This document shows positions 38,181-50,300 of a DNA stretch of 64,000 nucleotides, piece by piece. This DNA comes from Eledone cirrhosa (taxonomy: Eukaryota): contig OZ024741.1 of the NCBI GenBank assembly GCA_964016885.1, forward strand, positions 78,430,001-78,494,000. Direction: 5' to 3'. Made by a program: the position numbers and the translations under genes. Numbering within the stretch: position 1 is the first letter of the stretch; every line of letters begins with the position of its first letter. A model generated the notes under the pieces. It had not been told where the DNA came from, ran no database searches, and saw nothing but the letters and a program-made list of their open reading frames with translations.

Positions 38181-40641
38181 AAAAGTAAACGGAGAATGAG
38201 AGTGAAATTTCTATTTAACAGTATATATATATATGAATGTATATATAGTGTATTTTGCAATACACTTTATGCTTAATTAAAAGCATTTTGAAGACCGTAT
38301 GCTATTGTTTTAGAGTAGTGACAGACTCACTTACTTTAATTTCAGCAATATATATATATATATAAAGAAAATAGAAAAAGGAGAGGGGAGTGGAAAGAGA
38401 GATCATAAGTGGTCATAGATATGTGTTTATATAAGAAAGTGTTTGTGTGTGACGCACGTGTTTAAAACGTCAAAAGCTTGTTAGGAGCGATCATCTGTTC
38501 CTGGAATGACATGGCAACAGAACCTTACGTGACTCTTTCGATGCGGAGTCGTCAGTGACAAGTGACGGTATCCGACTTCACTTTCTCACCCATCCTTTCG
38601 AAATATTTGCCTTATTTTTGTATTTTTTCTTTCTTTTTTCTTTAGTGAGGGGGGGGGGGGGGGGGGGGGGGCTCATATACGCAAATCCAGGTTAAGACAT
38701 TTAACGGTTATTAATGAAAAGAAGGCGAGGGATGACGTTGGGATTCCTGTACGTATATACACACACTATATATATTTAAAAGTAAAAATATAATATAATA
38801 ATAATAATGAAATTATTGTGTAAAGTGTTCAGGTGCACTACAACTCGTCAAAGGTGCATGTATAGTAAATAGAATAATATACAAATGTCAGGGAAGTGAA
38901 TAGTGTATAGTACAGGAAAACCAACACGACCCCTTGCCTTCCTTTCATCAGTAACTAACTCTCTCTCTGTCTGTCTGTCTCTGTGTAAGCAACCGTACGT
39001 AAATAAACCATTAACCGAGGAGGAAGAAACAATGAAAGAAATGTGTTTCCAGCTCACGAAGGATTTCTGACCTGAATCCCTAATCGAATGCAAGGAGGCT
39101 TACGGTCGACACTGCATGCCAGAAAATGCAGCATCGTCTTTAGCTAAATTTGTAAGTTGCGGTTCAGTTGATCCCTTACCTGCGTGCTATATTTGCTTGA
39201 TGAGAAGTGACCTTCAGCCTCATAACTACATACACGCCATAAAACTGATTAATCCGGGTCGACGTGGAGCCACGTAACAAAAACTACCTGAGTAACATAA
39301 GACTGCTTGTATATGGGTTACCTGGGACTGATCAACAACTACTTGCCTGCTATGGGTCTGTTTGAACGATACTGATCTGGGGCTACACGTCAACAAGTTA
39401 AATGATGGGCGAATGAGGGTTTCGCTGTGGTGTTGGTCAACCTGTTGGAAATAGCTGTCAAACCCCCATCAAACCACACTTTTAAGACAGTGTATAAATG
39501 TAAATAAAAACGATATGTGTCACAACTGAACTATCTTTCGAAAACATGTCTGTTTGGTCAGAGCTGTCCCGAGGTTAAATAGCATCAAGTGTAAACATCT
39601 AAAAGTAACAAAACTTATAATCACATGTCCACCGCACCGTAATACACATCTGAACAATTAAGACGTTGTTTAGCCTACGTCAAAACCCTGACAAAGTAGT
39701 TCTGTGATCAAACGCAATTCAGTTGTGACCGTGGTATTTATTTATTTAGACATTCGGTACCTACTTTATCCTAATGTTTTCTTCATTTAAAAGAGGACAA
39801 GAGTTTAATTTGCGGGAGCTTTAGTTTCTATTCCTAGCAGACCGTGCGACGATGTAGAGTCTGTGGTTTTACAGAGGGTGGTGAGAGTGGGGTTTCATAC
39901 AAGAAACCATTGAAAGTTTAAATATTTATTTCAGAGGTAATTAAGTATATTATTTTCGATTAAGTAACATGCATATTCCATATCGAAATCGAGATAAAAC
40001 ATATCAATCATATACTGAGATCGATATAACTTACTATACAATTATACAAATGTGTTAACTGGTACCGAAATTAGAAACCTATTACTATATATGTAAATAA
40101 AATACCCCCACCTCCATGTACTTGTTTAAGTTTGGCCTAAAAAACAATTCTCATAAATATCTTGTTTACATTATTAATAATTATAATAATAAAACAGAAT
40201 AATTAAATTAGGCATTCTGATTTTTTTCTTTACTAAAAATATTTCATCTTTCAAGTAAATTAATAGGGACTTTTTTATGAAGAGAGAGAAAAGGGAAATT
40301 TTGATGACTAAGAAAGGCGACATAGAAAGTCTTTCAAGAATCCAAGATTTTATTCTTAAGAATCTTGAACGTGAAATATCTAACGCACACATGGATCTTC
40401 TCTATTTTATATATATATATTAAAATAACAGATTAAAGTTTAAGCAAAGAATCGGTGCTTTCACCCTTAACGGGATCGTCTGAAACTAAAAAAGATCCCG
40501 TTAAGAGTGAAAGCAGGGATTCTTTGCTTATACTTTAATCTGTTATTTTAATGAATATTTGCTCTAGGGTTCTTACATATTTGATATATATTTATCCTTA
40601 TTGAGGCCTCTTTGGATTTTAGTCTTCACATTTATTATTAT

Positions 40642-40688
<47 letters not shown>

Positions 40689-40826
40689 CATCACATATCT
40701 CTCTATCAATGTATCATAATAGCAACACCTTTTTTCGTCGTCTTTGTATATAAGTCTCTCTCTATCTCTTATTTTGCAATCACTCCTGTCATCTCTCTCT
40801 CTCTCTCAACACACACACACATACTA

Positions 40827-40876
<50 letters not shown>

Positions 40877-40877
40877 G

Positions 40878-40918
<41 letters not shown>

Positions 40919-41075
40919 TATTCGTGAGTGAATAATAATATAATATCATAATATTAATATTCGATCGTTTGTTTATATATATAACGTGCTAGTGTTAAAT
41001 ATATGTGTATATAATAATAACAATAATAATAAAAATAATAATGACAATGATAATGATATAGTTAATGTCACTTAC

Positions 41076-41088
41076 CATCAGAATCCAT
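41076..41088 (-). CDS. Putative first coding exon (M-D-S-D, phase-1 donor) of an unidentified minus-strand gene
   Basis: GACCG-ATG GAT TCT GAT G|GTAAGT, a perfect donor in CpG-retaining unique sequence. Only 13 nt, so weak. Confidence 0.35.
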
Positions 41089-41155
41089 CGGTCAGGGTGT
41101 TGTACCGTAGTTTTAGTTCCAAAGTCAAGATATAAAGTCAAGTGTAACAAGTCCA

Positions 41156-41202
41156 AATATCACAAACATCACAAATATCACAAGTATCACAAATATCACA
41201 AA
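41156..41202. repeat. 9-bp tandem repeat (AATATCACA) x5
   Basis: Direct observation. Confidence 0.9.
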
Positions 41203-42373
41203 GTGGCTGGTTAGAAGATCTACTTCTACTCGCAGAGTTTTCTCTTTTCGGTGAAAAGCTAGCTGGCGAAGAAAAGCTAGCAAAGTGAAGGGGAATATTT
41301 ATGAATGTGAAGGGGGGAAAGACAGAGGGAGTGAGAAAGAGAGGACAAACAACAGTGAATGGATAACGAAGGGAGAGGTAAAGAGAGAGTGTGAGAGGAA
41401 AAAGAATGAATTAAATTCTCCCGGCCTTTTGCCGATGTAAGAAATTAATTGCCTCTTACCTCTCTCTATTTATCTATGTCGATATCAAACAGATGACTGT
41501 GTTGGTGTTTATACATGTATCCGGATAGTCTAACTTAGTCGTGACTAGACCAACTAGAGATCTTAATCATATTTTCCTCAAATTACATCCGATCGTCTTA
41601 AAAGAAATAATACAAAGTATAATTTACTCTTAGATATAATATGCTTGAATAACAGTGTGGAAACTTATAGGTCCACTCTGTCGGGGCTGACCTAGCACTA
41701 AACAACAATCTCAACGTTTTTGATCAGCCGGCTAGAAATAGCCCATTTCTCTTCAAAACACCTTAAAATAGAGAAGGACATATTAGATAATGTCGTCCTA
41801 AAAAAATGTGTAATTACGACTGTTGCAAAGCCTTAGACCATATGTCTGGTCAGTCAGGACTGACCTGGTGCTAAACAACAACACCCTACAATGTTGGGGA
41901 AAAGGACACATTAGGTGATGTAGTCCTTTATACACACTGCTTTTGAAGTGCGAGAAAGAGGTGAACATGTATAAAACGTCGGGTTGTGCAGTAATACAGT
42001 AAAAAGTAGACTTCGAGAAAACTTTGTTTGCAAAAAGAAAAGAAATGAAAGGTGTGTCGTGCTGTTACGGACAGGGTCGCAATCACATCACACCTACTTA
42101 GCTTATCTTAAGAATTCTATATCTGAGTATTTTGTCTGTTTTTATGTAGACAAACCACTTATTTTAATCACGGATAATGTTATCGAACGACTATTATTAT
42201 CAAAATTAGTGGAACCAAACTCGTTCAGGATGGTGTCTGCTAAATCTTATCAATCTATCATTGTTATCGGAAAGACTCTGTCACACAGTGATCATATGGG
42301 GTTTCCACTGTGTTACATTATATTTCATTTTATAGCCACATTGTTGCAAAAGTCCGTCAGGTATGTGTATATA

Positions 42374-43650
42374 CAGGATGTAACAGGTAAATTGGGACCA
42401 TTTAGATATCTTTATTATAATTGGTATGGCATGGAAAAATCAAACACTGCAAATTTCATGTTTATGTCAATTAATTGTGGAGTGTTTAGCACTTATTTCA
42501 ATTCATGTGACTGCCATTTGCTTTCTTTACCAATTCAGTCCGCTTACGAAATGATATGCATGCCTTAACTATTTCTTCCTTTTTTCATTTTATTGGATGT
42601 TCACTTGATCGAAGCCTTCAGTGAAGACACAAAGTTGTGAGAAGTTGTGTTTGATATTACTTCAACAGTGCCCCATAACCTAAAATCCCACGGATTGAAA
42701 TCTGGTGAGCAAGAGGGCCAGATATCTTTTGGGACAATCATGGGCAATTCCTTCTTCGAATATTCTTGCACTCTTTTCGAAGAATGGGCAGGCATTGGGT
42801 CCTGTAGAAACATGATTCAACTTACGACATAATGCTTCCTAATCCAAGGCAACAAAACTTTTTAAAATTTTGAGATACTCTGCTGTATTGATTTTAAGAT
42901 CTACTTCAATAAACTGAGGAGGCATCAATCTCCCAACCCTTGCAGCAGCTCCAAAGACCATAATGGAAGCCGGATTTTTGCTATGCATATCTGAAGGAAC
43001 TTGGGGAGGGTTGTACACTATCACTCATGATGGTTGACGGTTTGCAACTTCGTCTACCACGAACTTCTTTTCATCCACGAAGATGTGGACATCTCCACCA
43101 CGATGTTTCAGATGATTCAAATGTTTGGGACTTCTTTCAGATCGAATGGCTTTGGAGCAGGTAGTTATGATGTTACAGTGTCTCCTTGCATATGATTTCA
43201 TATGGAGATCTTGTCTCACAGCCCTAAAAACGGTCATTTTACTGATTCCTCGATCTCGAGCCAACTTTGCCATCGATTTTGATGGATACGACTCAATCCA
43301 TCTTTTAAGTCCTGCTAAGAACAGAGGTGTGCGTTTTCGGTCACTGCAAGGACTGTGAGGCTTTCTATGAACATCCTGACTTTTCTTTAAATTGGCTACG
43401 ACTCTAAAAACAGTAGATTTGGCATACTTTGTGGCTCTAACAATCTCCTCAGTATTTTTGCCGGCACAGAATAATTCAGCAATTACACTTCTATGGTTTA
43501 ATTCTTTATTAACATTCATACTTTGTTCAATCTAAAGTAAAAAATAGTACAAGTGATTATTGAAGCTGGTAATATTTAAAACTTAGACTCCAACAAAATC
43601 TATATGATTAGAAATATACCCATTTGAAAAGTGTCCCAATTTACATCCTG
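42374..43650 (-). mobile_element. Tc1/mariner DD37D (maT/mori) DNA transposon, defective
   Basis: TA-flanked TIRs CAGGATGTAA(CAGGTAA)ATTGGGAC. Transposase pieces 43025-43519 (HTH, FVDEKKF), 42839-43024 (IMVFG) and 42601-42813 (LQD...WPSCSPDFNPWD). I counted 37 residues between the 2nd and 3rd Asp. Confidence 0.92.
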
Positions 43651-43664
43651 TATATATATATATG

Positions 43665-44945
43665 TTTCTTTATTAGCCACAGGGGCACAAAAGAAGGGGA
43701 CAAATACAAAGGGGGAAGTTTGCATACAATAAAAACGTGTAAAATATTATCACAAATGCAATTAAAAAAATTAGTCGATTTTCCCCAATAGGGGGAGACA
43801 GTTCATATGGGTAACACATACCCCCGAAAAAATGTGCAACCCTCATCTCCAGGAGTACGAAGAGTTTGTACCCCTTTCCTCTCTTCCTCTTTTTCCTCAA
43901 CCTACAGGCTGATATAGAGAGAAGGCCCATTCACTCGGGCCATTCTCGCCACTTTCACCCACCTTTCATAAAACTTGCTGGGGTACAGCACCTCTCTCTC
44001 CATCCTGATTCTTCTTGCAAAGTGGTATTTGATAAAAAGAATCAGTTGTTGGCCGGAGAGAAAGGTGTCTGACCTCATCCCTTTCAACCTTGTCCACCAT
44101 ACAACCTCTTTCGCCATAGCTATCACACAAAGGAAAACCGCCTCTCCTTCGTTTTTGAAGGAGGGTGGCGGTTTGATCATGACAATAGACTCGGTGGTCA
44201 ACCGGATTGGTCCCACCCGCGACAATAGTCGTTCTACATAGCCCCACAGGTCAGTGACGCCCGGGCAGTGTATGAATGCGTGCGCGACGGTTTCTTCGTC
44301 TCGCACGCACCTCGGACAGATCTTTTTTGCAGGGTCCCTGCCCGGGCCCCCATGTCTGTAGAGCTTGTATAGAACTGGTAGAGCTCCTCGGTAGTACTGT
44401 CAGGCCAGGGACTTTTTGAAGTTGTCCATCGGTCCCGGGCGGAAGGTCCTACCGAACAGACTGGCCAGTTCATTTTCCTCTACGCCTAGAGTTTCACCGA
44501 GCGCGTCGTCGCACTTGCTGCGGATCAACCCTCTATAGAATGACGAAGTGGAGTCTCCACTGATCGCCGGGTCCGCCTGCCAGAGGGCTGTGAGCGCCTG
44601 AGCACATTCGATGTGCTAGTCGCCCATTTTCCTCGGCCTTTGCTTGACCCAGGACTGCAGCTCGGTCAGTGAGACGAGTCGTGGGAAGGCTCGCCTCACG
44701 GACGGTGCCCACACCGGTTGTCCGGTGAGGAATACATAGAGATGCCGCAGCCTGAGCGCGTGTTTGCGTATCGTCAGCCACGGCAACCCCAGCCCTCCGT
44801 TAGAAGGGTGTTGGCAGCAGATGGATATTCTCACCAAAGGAGCCCGCCTCTTCCAAAGGAATTGGAAGAGCGCGCGCTCCATTTTGGTGAGCGTTTTGGC
44901 TGGACAAGGCACGACGGTCAAGCGGTAGTAGATGGTGGACGCTAT
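43665..44945 (-). mobile_element. 5'-truncated Tx1/L1-type LINE, diverged relative of 47314-53217
   Basis: FQFLWK...CCQHPSNGGLGLPW, ETVAHAFIHC and KEVVWWTRLKG parallel the full-length copy. Similar 3'UTR end. Confidence 0.9.
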
Positions 44946-45789
44946 AAAAGTGTTTATATATATATAGTTGGTTCATTTGAGTTTGTCAATCTGTAATTTT
45001 TCTTAGTTGTACATATTGATCAACTTACACAGAAGTTTTAATACTTGGTGTAGTATACTTTCCAGACTGTGATGTAATCATGCAGGTTTATGTACACCGG
45101 TGGTTTTGTATAATAATGAAGAATAAGGCCGTGTACTGGAATCTTACTGTGGAGCTAGGGTGCTGGAATGAAAGAGGTCTTGTCAGATGCAAGGGGCCAG
45201 TGATGTGACATCAAAGTTTGTGGGCCTTTTACGCTCTCTTTTGTCAGGACACCGTACTGGGGGTGGGGGGTGCATGCTCATGAGTGCTATGATTGTGTGT
45301 GAGAGACTCTGTATTTTTTGGGTGGACATAAAACAGGTGAACATCTGTGCAGGGAATTTCAATCCGGACTCGAATAGAGAGACAAAGATAGGTCCCTTCG
45401 CTTCCCCACAACAAGCTATTTTCAGCACCATTTTTTTTTATTTTTATCATTATTTACTTTCTCTGATCTTGCAGACAATATGATGACAAAAATAAGAATA
45501 GATAGCAATGCAGTCAAAGCCTGAGGGGGATGTTATCACCTGGATTAGAAAGATGAAATTGTTCACTACAGTGCACAGCATCGAAATGAGGCTGGCTTCA
45601 TGACACTGTATCTTGATGCATTAGCATTATACCTCAAAATGGACCAGTCAGACCAATTGAATGCAGAGAATGAAGAAGATCCTCCATGAATGATTGACCA
45701 TGGGCATCCAGAGCTTGAAATAATTTGCTACCAATGTAAGTGGGCAGCCACATTGCCAACAATTGCAACCAGAGAAAGTCAAAAGGGAG

Positions 45790-46050
45790 TCAGTGCGCCA
45801 GATAATTTATTTCTTAAATTAAGCTCTGTTTTCATGATAGCATTCCTAACTGATTCTCTCTTTCATGCTGGTGTGGTGAATACCTTGGCCGTCATTGATC
45901 CCTAGATATCTGTAGGTTTGTTCTTGTTCCCTAAGTACTGTATTCACGTCTATTTCCATTGAGTTTGTGTTTGTTATTCAGCCTTTCTTGAATGTTGCTT
46001 TGCCACATTTTTCCAGTTCAAACTCCATCCCCACATAATCACTGAACACA
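45790..46050 (-). pseudogene. Old Dong/R4 RT fragment
   Basis: VFSDYVGMEFELEKCGKATFKKG...YLG and AIMKTELNLRNKL on the minus strand; abuts (ATT)n. Confidence 0.7.
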
Positions 46051-46071
46051 TTATTATTATTATTATTATTA

Positions 46072-47288
46072 CAGTTGCACTTATCTTGCTTTATGTTCAT
46101 ACGAGTTATCACCAAGTCACAACCAGTGACCTCAAGAGACAGCAAGGTCCACCATGTTCAAGAAAGAACATACATACACACACATGCATCTTTAGGTGTT
46201 TAAATTGAGATGTACTTATATTGACAGAATCTTCCTTAGTATATGGGCAGTTCCCATTAGTACTGTCTTTTGTATTTCTCCTGTACGTGGGTTTCCTGGG
46301 ATTTGCGATAAGTAATCATTAGACCCCTTAGGTATAATTCCTAGAGCGCCTACAACCACTGGTATTGTTTTAGTTCTCAATTTCCACATTTTTCCAATTT
46401 CTATCTCCAGGTCCTTATACTTGCTCAATTTTTCAAATGTTTTTATAGATATTTAGCAGTATGAAAGTTGAATAGTCGCCACTTTAACAGGGTAGATGAT
46501 TGAAGGTCGTTAGTTGCCAGTGTGGTAAGTGATAGTATCCTCGTTGGATTATCTTGTCGACATAGACGTGAGGGAAGGTCCCTCGATCTATTTACCATCT
46601 TAGTATTTACAATATTCCTTTCGTCAGGTCGCCAATTCCAGCAGCATGGATTATAGATGTTATTGAGACACGAGTAACATAATAATGATTTCAACAGCAG
46701 AAATTAGAGATGAAATGTATGTTTATTTTTGATGTAGCACAAACAATGTTTGTTAACTTATATGGTTGAAGTTACAGATGAAAAGAGATTACAAAAGGGA
46801 ATGTGCCATTGCGCCGAAAAGCCGGCGAGGCTAGGGTGCAATATCTCACCGTTACATTATGCGTGTTGCTGGTTCGAAGTTTCTGGTACAAGAGAGAGAT
46901 TCTTCAAATCTTCGCGGGGAATTTCTTCCTGAGGGCGCGTAGGGATACATCCTCTTCTACTGGCGCTGATTGGTTGAACTGAGCCAAATCACGCACAGAG
47001 AATGTATGTGAGCCCGCGGAATGTAGGTCACTACAGATACATTCTTGTCTACTGGAACGGACATATCAATTAGCAGGCATACCCGCTTTTTAAAGTCCTT
47101 CAGTATTATATCAGGTCTATTTGCATCTATTTTTCAGTCTGTTTGGATGCTAAAGTTCCACAAGATTGCGATGTGATCTTTTTCAAGTACAGGAGGTGGT
47201 TGATGCTCCCACCAATTCTTTTGATGGGGCAGGTCAAAATGCTTACACATTATCCAATGTATGTATTGTGCAGCTCTGTCGTGCCTGT
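46072..47288 (-). mobile_element. 5'-truncated Dong/R4 element (RLE region), split by a solo LTR
   Basis: RHDRAAQYIHW...NRPDIILKD...LIDMSVPVDKNVS continues across the insertion as IKTFEKLSKYKDL...VVVGALG. (ATT)n on both sides. Confidence 0.9.
46452..47035 (-). mobile_element. Solo LTR (584 bp), 4-bp TSD GATA
   Basis: Termini TTTAG (degenerate TGTAG) and CTACA, with GATA at 46448-51 and 47036-39. Removing it restores the Dong frame. CCAAT and AATAAA on the minus strand. Confidence 0.75.
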
Positions 47289-47313
47289 TATTATTATTAT
47301 TATTATTATTATT

Positions 47314-50300
47314 GGTCTAAGCGGACGTATTTTGCTCGCTCACAGTAAGTCGCTTTATTTGCCTGTTAAAATTATTTGTTGTTAAATATTTCTTGTTGTG
47401 TAAGGGATATAAGCCCTTAGACTTTGCCCCGTGAAGGGGAAATATAATATTTGGGCCTTTTGGCCCAAATATTTGAACTTTTTTTGCATGTTAAAACATT
47501 TACGAAGGAAAAAAAACATGGCTGAGCCACGCCCCCCAGCGATATGTCGGCTGTCGTGCGACAACGACATAGAAGTTGAGAGGAGCGCTACAGCGAAATT
47601 AACACAAATTGATAACACAAACACCACCACAAACAATGTAAACAAAGACACCAATGATACCAATGAGAACTCTAATTTTGAAAAAAAATGACAGTAACAG
47701 CGACAACGAAAATACAGATAACAAAAAAAAAAATAACGAATACAACAACAATATCAACACCACTAACATGAAAACAAATAGCGACAACACTATCAGTAAC
47801 AATACCAACTGCACCGAGAACAACGGTGGCAACAAAGACAACAATGATAACAGCGACAGTGCGAACAACAACAAGAACAACGACAACGACCAAAACACCC
47901 CCACCGAAAACAAGAAGAACACTTTCGCTGCGGCAGCAGCAAAACAGAGACCATGCTTCAACATGGACCTTTCAAACAAAGATGAAACGTTGGCCCAGGC
48001 ATGGAAGCTCATCAAGCAAGAGCAAACCTGGGCCAACTTAACTGTCCCGGTAGAAGCTATGGAGGCAGTGGAACGCAGAACGGTGCATTATAGATGCATC
48101 TCAGCACAAACCAAAAGGGCAGCTTTAATCCCACAAGAAGATGTCGAAGTCGCACTGAGGTGCATCAGAGAAGACACCGAATACATAGAGAGGGGCAGAC
48201 AATACGGCACCATTTCGGTGTTGTTCAAGTCAGAAGCCCTCGCTATGAAACACGCCATGACTCCATGCAAAACCAGCAAGGTCATAATGTACCCCGCCCA
48301 CATGGGAAAAAGAACGGCCCGTCTACGCATTCCCAGAATCCCACCAGGACTTGACATGTGGTGGCTTCTGGGATGTGTGATTGTGGAGAGGACGGATACT
48401 GCCCCTATAGAAGTGACCAGAACGGCCAGAGAGGACTGGTCCGGGGTTGACCTGGAGATCCTTCTCCAGATCAGGCCCGAGAATGTGAAGACAATCCTGG
48501 ACCACATCCGCCTTCAGGATGGGACGGTCATTCACATTATGACCGAAGGCAAAAGGCCGCAGTGTTTTGTTTGTGGGGAAAAAACCCATTTGCGAGCCTT
48601 CTGCCCTCAACTGCTGAAAGAGGCAAGGGGGTCGAAAGGCTCCACTGCTGCCGACGCCGGGGCAAGGACCACAACCAACATCAGCCCCGGCAAAACCACC
48701 AACAACAACACCAATAGAAAGACAACCACCAACATTGACCACCCAGGGGGGAAACGAGGAAAGCTGACAAATTCCCCCTCCCCCCCAAAATACACACACC
48801 AATAAAACCATAAACATACATACAGACACACTTACAGACTCAGACGTCTCATCTACCAGTAGTGAAAATGAGGGAAAATCAAAATCCCCCAAAATACAAA
48901 AAAGGAAACACAAAAAGAAAAAAAAAAAACTCAACAAAGCACAAAATCACCCACAATAAAAAACGCAGACACCACCCACACAAACATCTCTCCAATAACA
49001 CCAACATCAACACCACCATCACCATCACCAGAATCCCCCAAACGCAAACAACCTAAACAGACGCAAGAACAAATATACTCACAAACATCTGAAACCACAG
49101 ACACTGCACTCACAACAAACACAGACACAACCGAAACAACACCACCAAAACTGTCACCACCACAGCCACGCAAACAAATAAAATCACACCAACAAAACAT
49201 ACAAAACTTCGTGCTCGTCAGGAGGGCCAACAAGGAACTGATGGCCCTCGTAGCACGAAGTGAAAATATACAAAAAGAGGGGGAAATTTTTAAATCGAGC
49301 ACATTTCGCATGCCGGAAGATTTGGTTCTGGTGCGAATGTCGCTCGACATATTCAAAGAAATACGAGACAGCTTTCCTCGGGACGTGGGTACCCCGAACG
49401 TAAAACCCACTTCAAGACTTTTAAAGGGATTCCCAAAAGAAACCCCACCAACTATGGAGGTCGAATAACCCGACCTTCACAAGAGCCCGGAAGGTAAGTA
49501 AACCTTCCTCTCTCTCTGTTTAACCTGCCAACATGGCCGTATTAAGAGTAGGATGTTTAAATGTCCGAGGCCTGGGACCGTCCTGGAAGCAGGGTCACCT
49601 GCTCAATGACCTCAGGTCTATAGAAATGGATGTAATTGCAGTCAGCGAGACCAGGATTTCCGACACGCGCGCGCTAACCCCCATTTTCGACGACTATCAG
49701 ATCTTTGCATCTGTTAGCCGGCCAGGAATGGGAGGCGAGGTGGCAGTGCTGTTTAGGAAAAGCCTGGATCTCGAGGTAAGGTCGATCTTCCGGGACCCGG
49801 ACGGGAAGTTGGTGGTCCTGGACGTGAACAATAATGAAGGTGGTGCCTTTAGACTGGTGGCCGTCTATGCTCCTAGTGGGGAAGGACAGCCGGACTTCTT
49901 TAGACGCCTGGAAGCCTTTTTGGGTACGTCTCGCCCTTTACTGTTAGCGGGGGACTGGAACGGCACCTTAGACGCACGCTGGGACTGTGTGGGAGTATCC
50001 GATAGGAGCGGGGGGTGCAAAAGCCTCAAGAACCTGATCAGCCAGTTCCAACTGTCTGACAGGTACCGACTAGATTTCCCTAATGCACCAGTGTGGCCTG
50101 GGCTAACCGCATAGGGTCATCTATATCGTATATAGACAGGATATTCATTAGGAAAATAGACAGAAATAGTGTAAGCTGTCCACGTTTTGAAACGGTCGCC
50201 TATTCAGATCACAAGTTTGTGATCTGTATGGTCGACCTAGATAAAACGCGTAGGTTAGGACCTGGTTACTGGAAGCTAAACATGTCATTTCCGGCACGTA

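Larger units (their letters stand above)
39330..41960. repeat. Cluster of a short dispersed repeat ending GGGCTGACCTGGGGCTAAACAACAAC
   Basis: Diverged copies at ~39340-39395, 39430-39590, 39660-39850 (-), 41520-41710 and 41720-41885; also ~34170-34240. Confidence 0.55.

Noticed and set aside
41984-42568. 194-aa plus-strand ORF
   Set aside because: No recognisable motif, non-ATG start, and it crosses the maT TIR boundary; likely chance.
46444-47039. hAT element (imperfect 8-bp TSD TATAGATA/TACAGATA) or Helitron
   Set aside because: No TIRs under that reading and no TC..CTAG ends. TGTAG-like..CTACA termini with a GATA TSD fit better.
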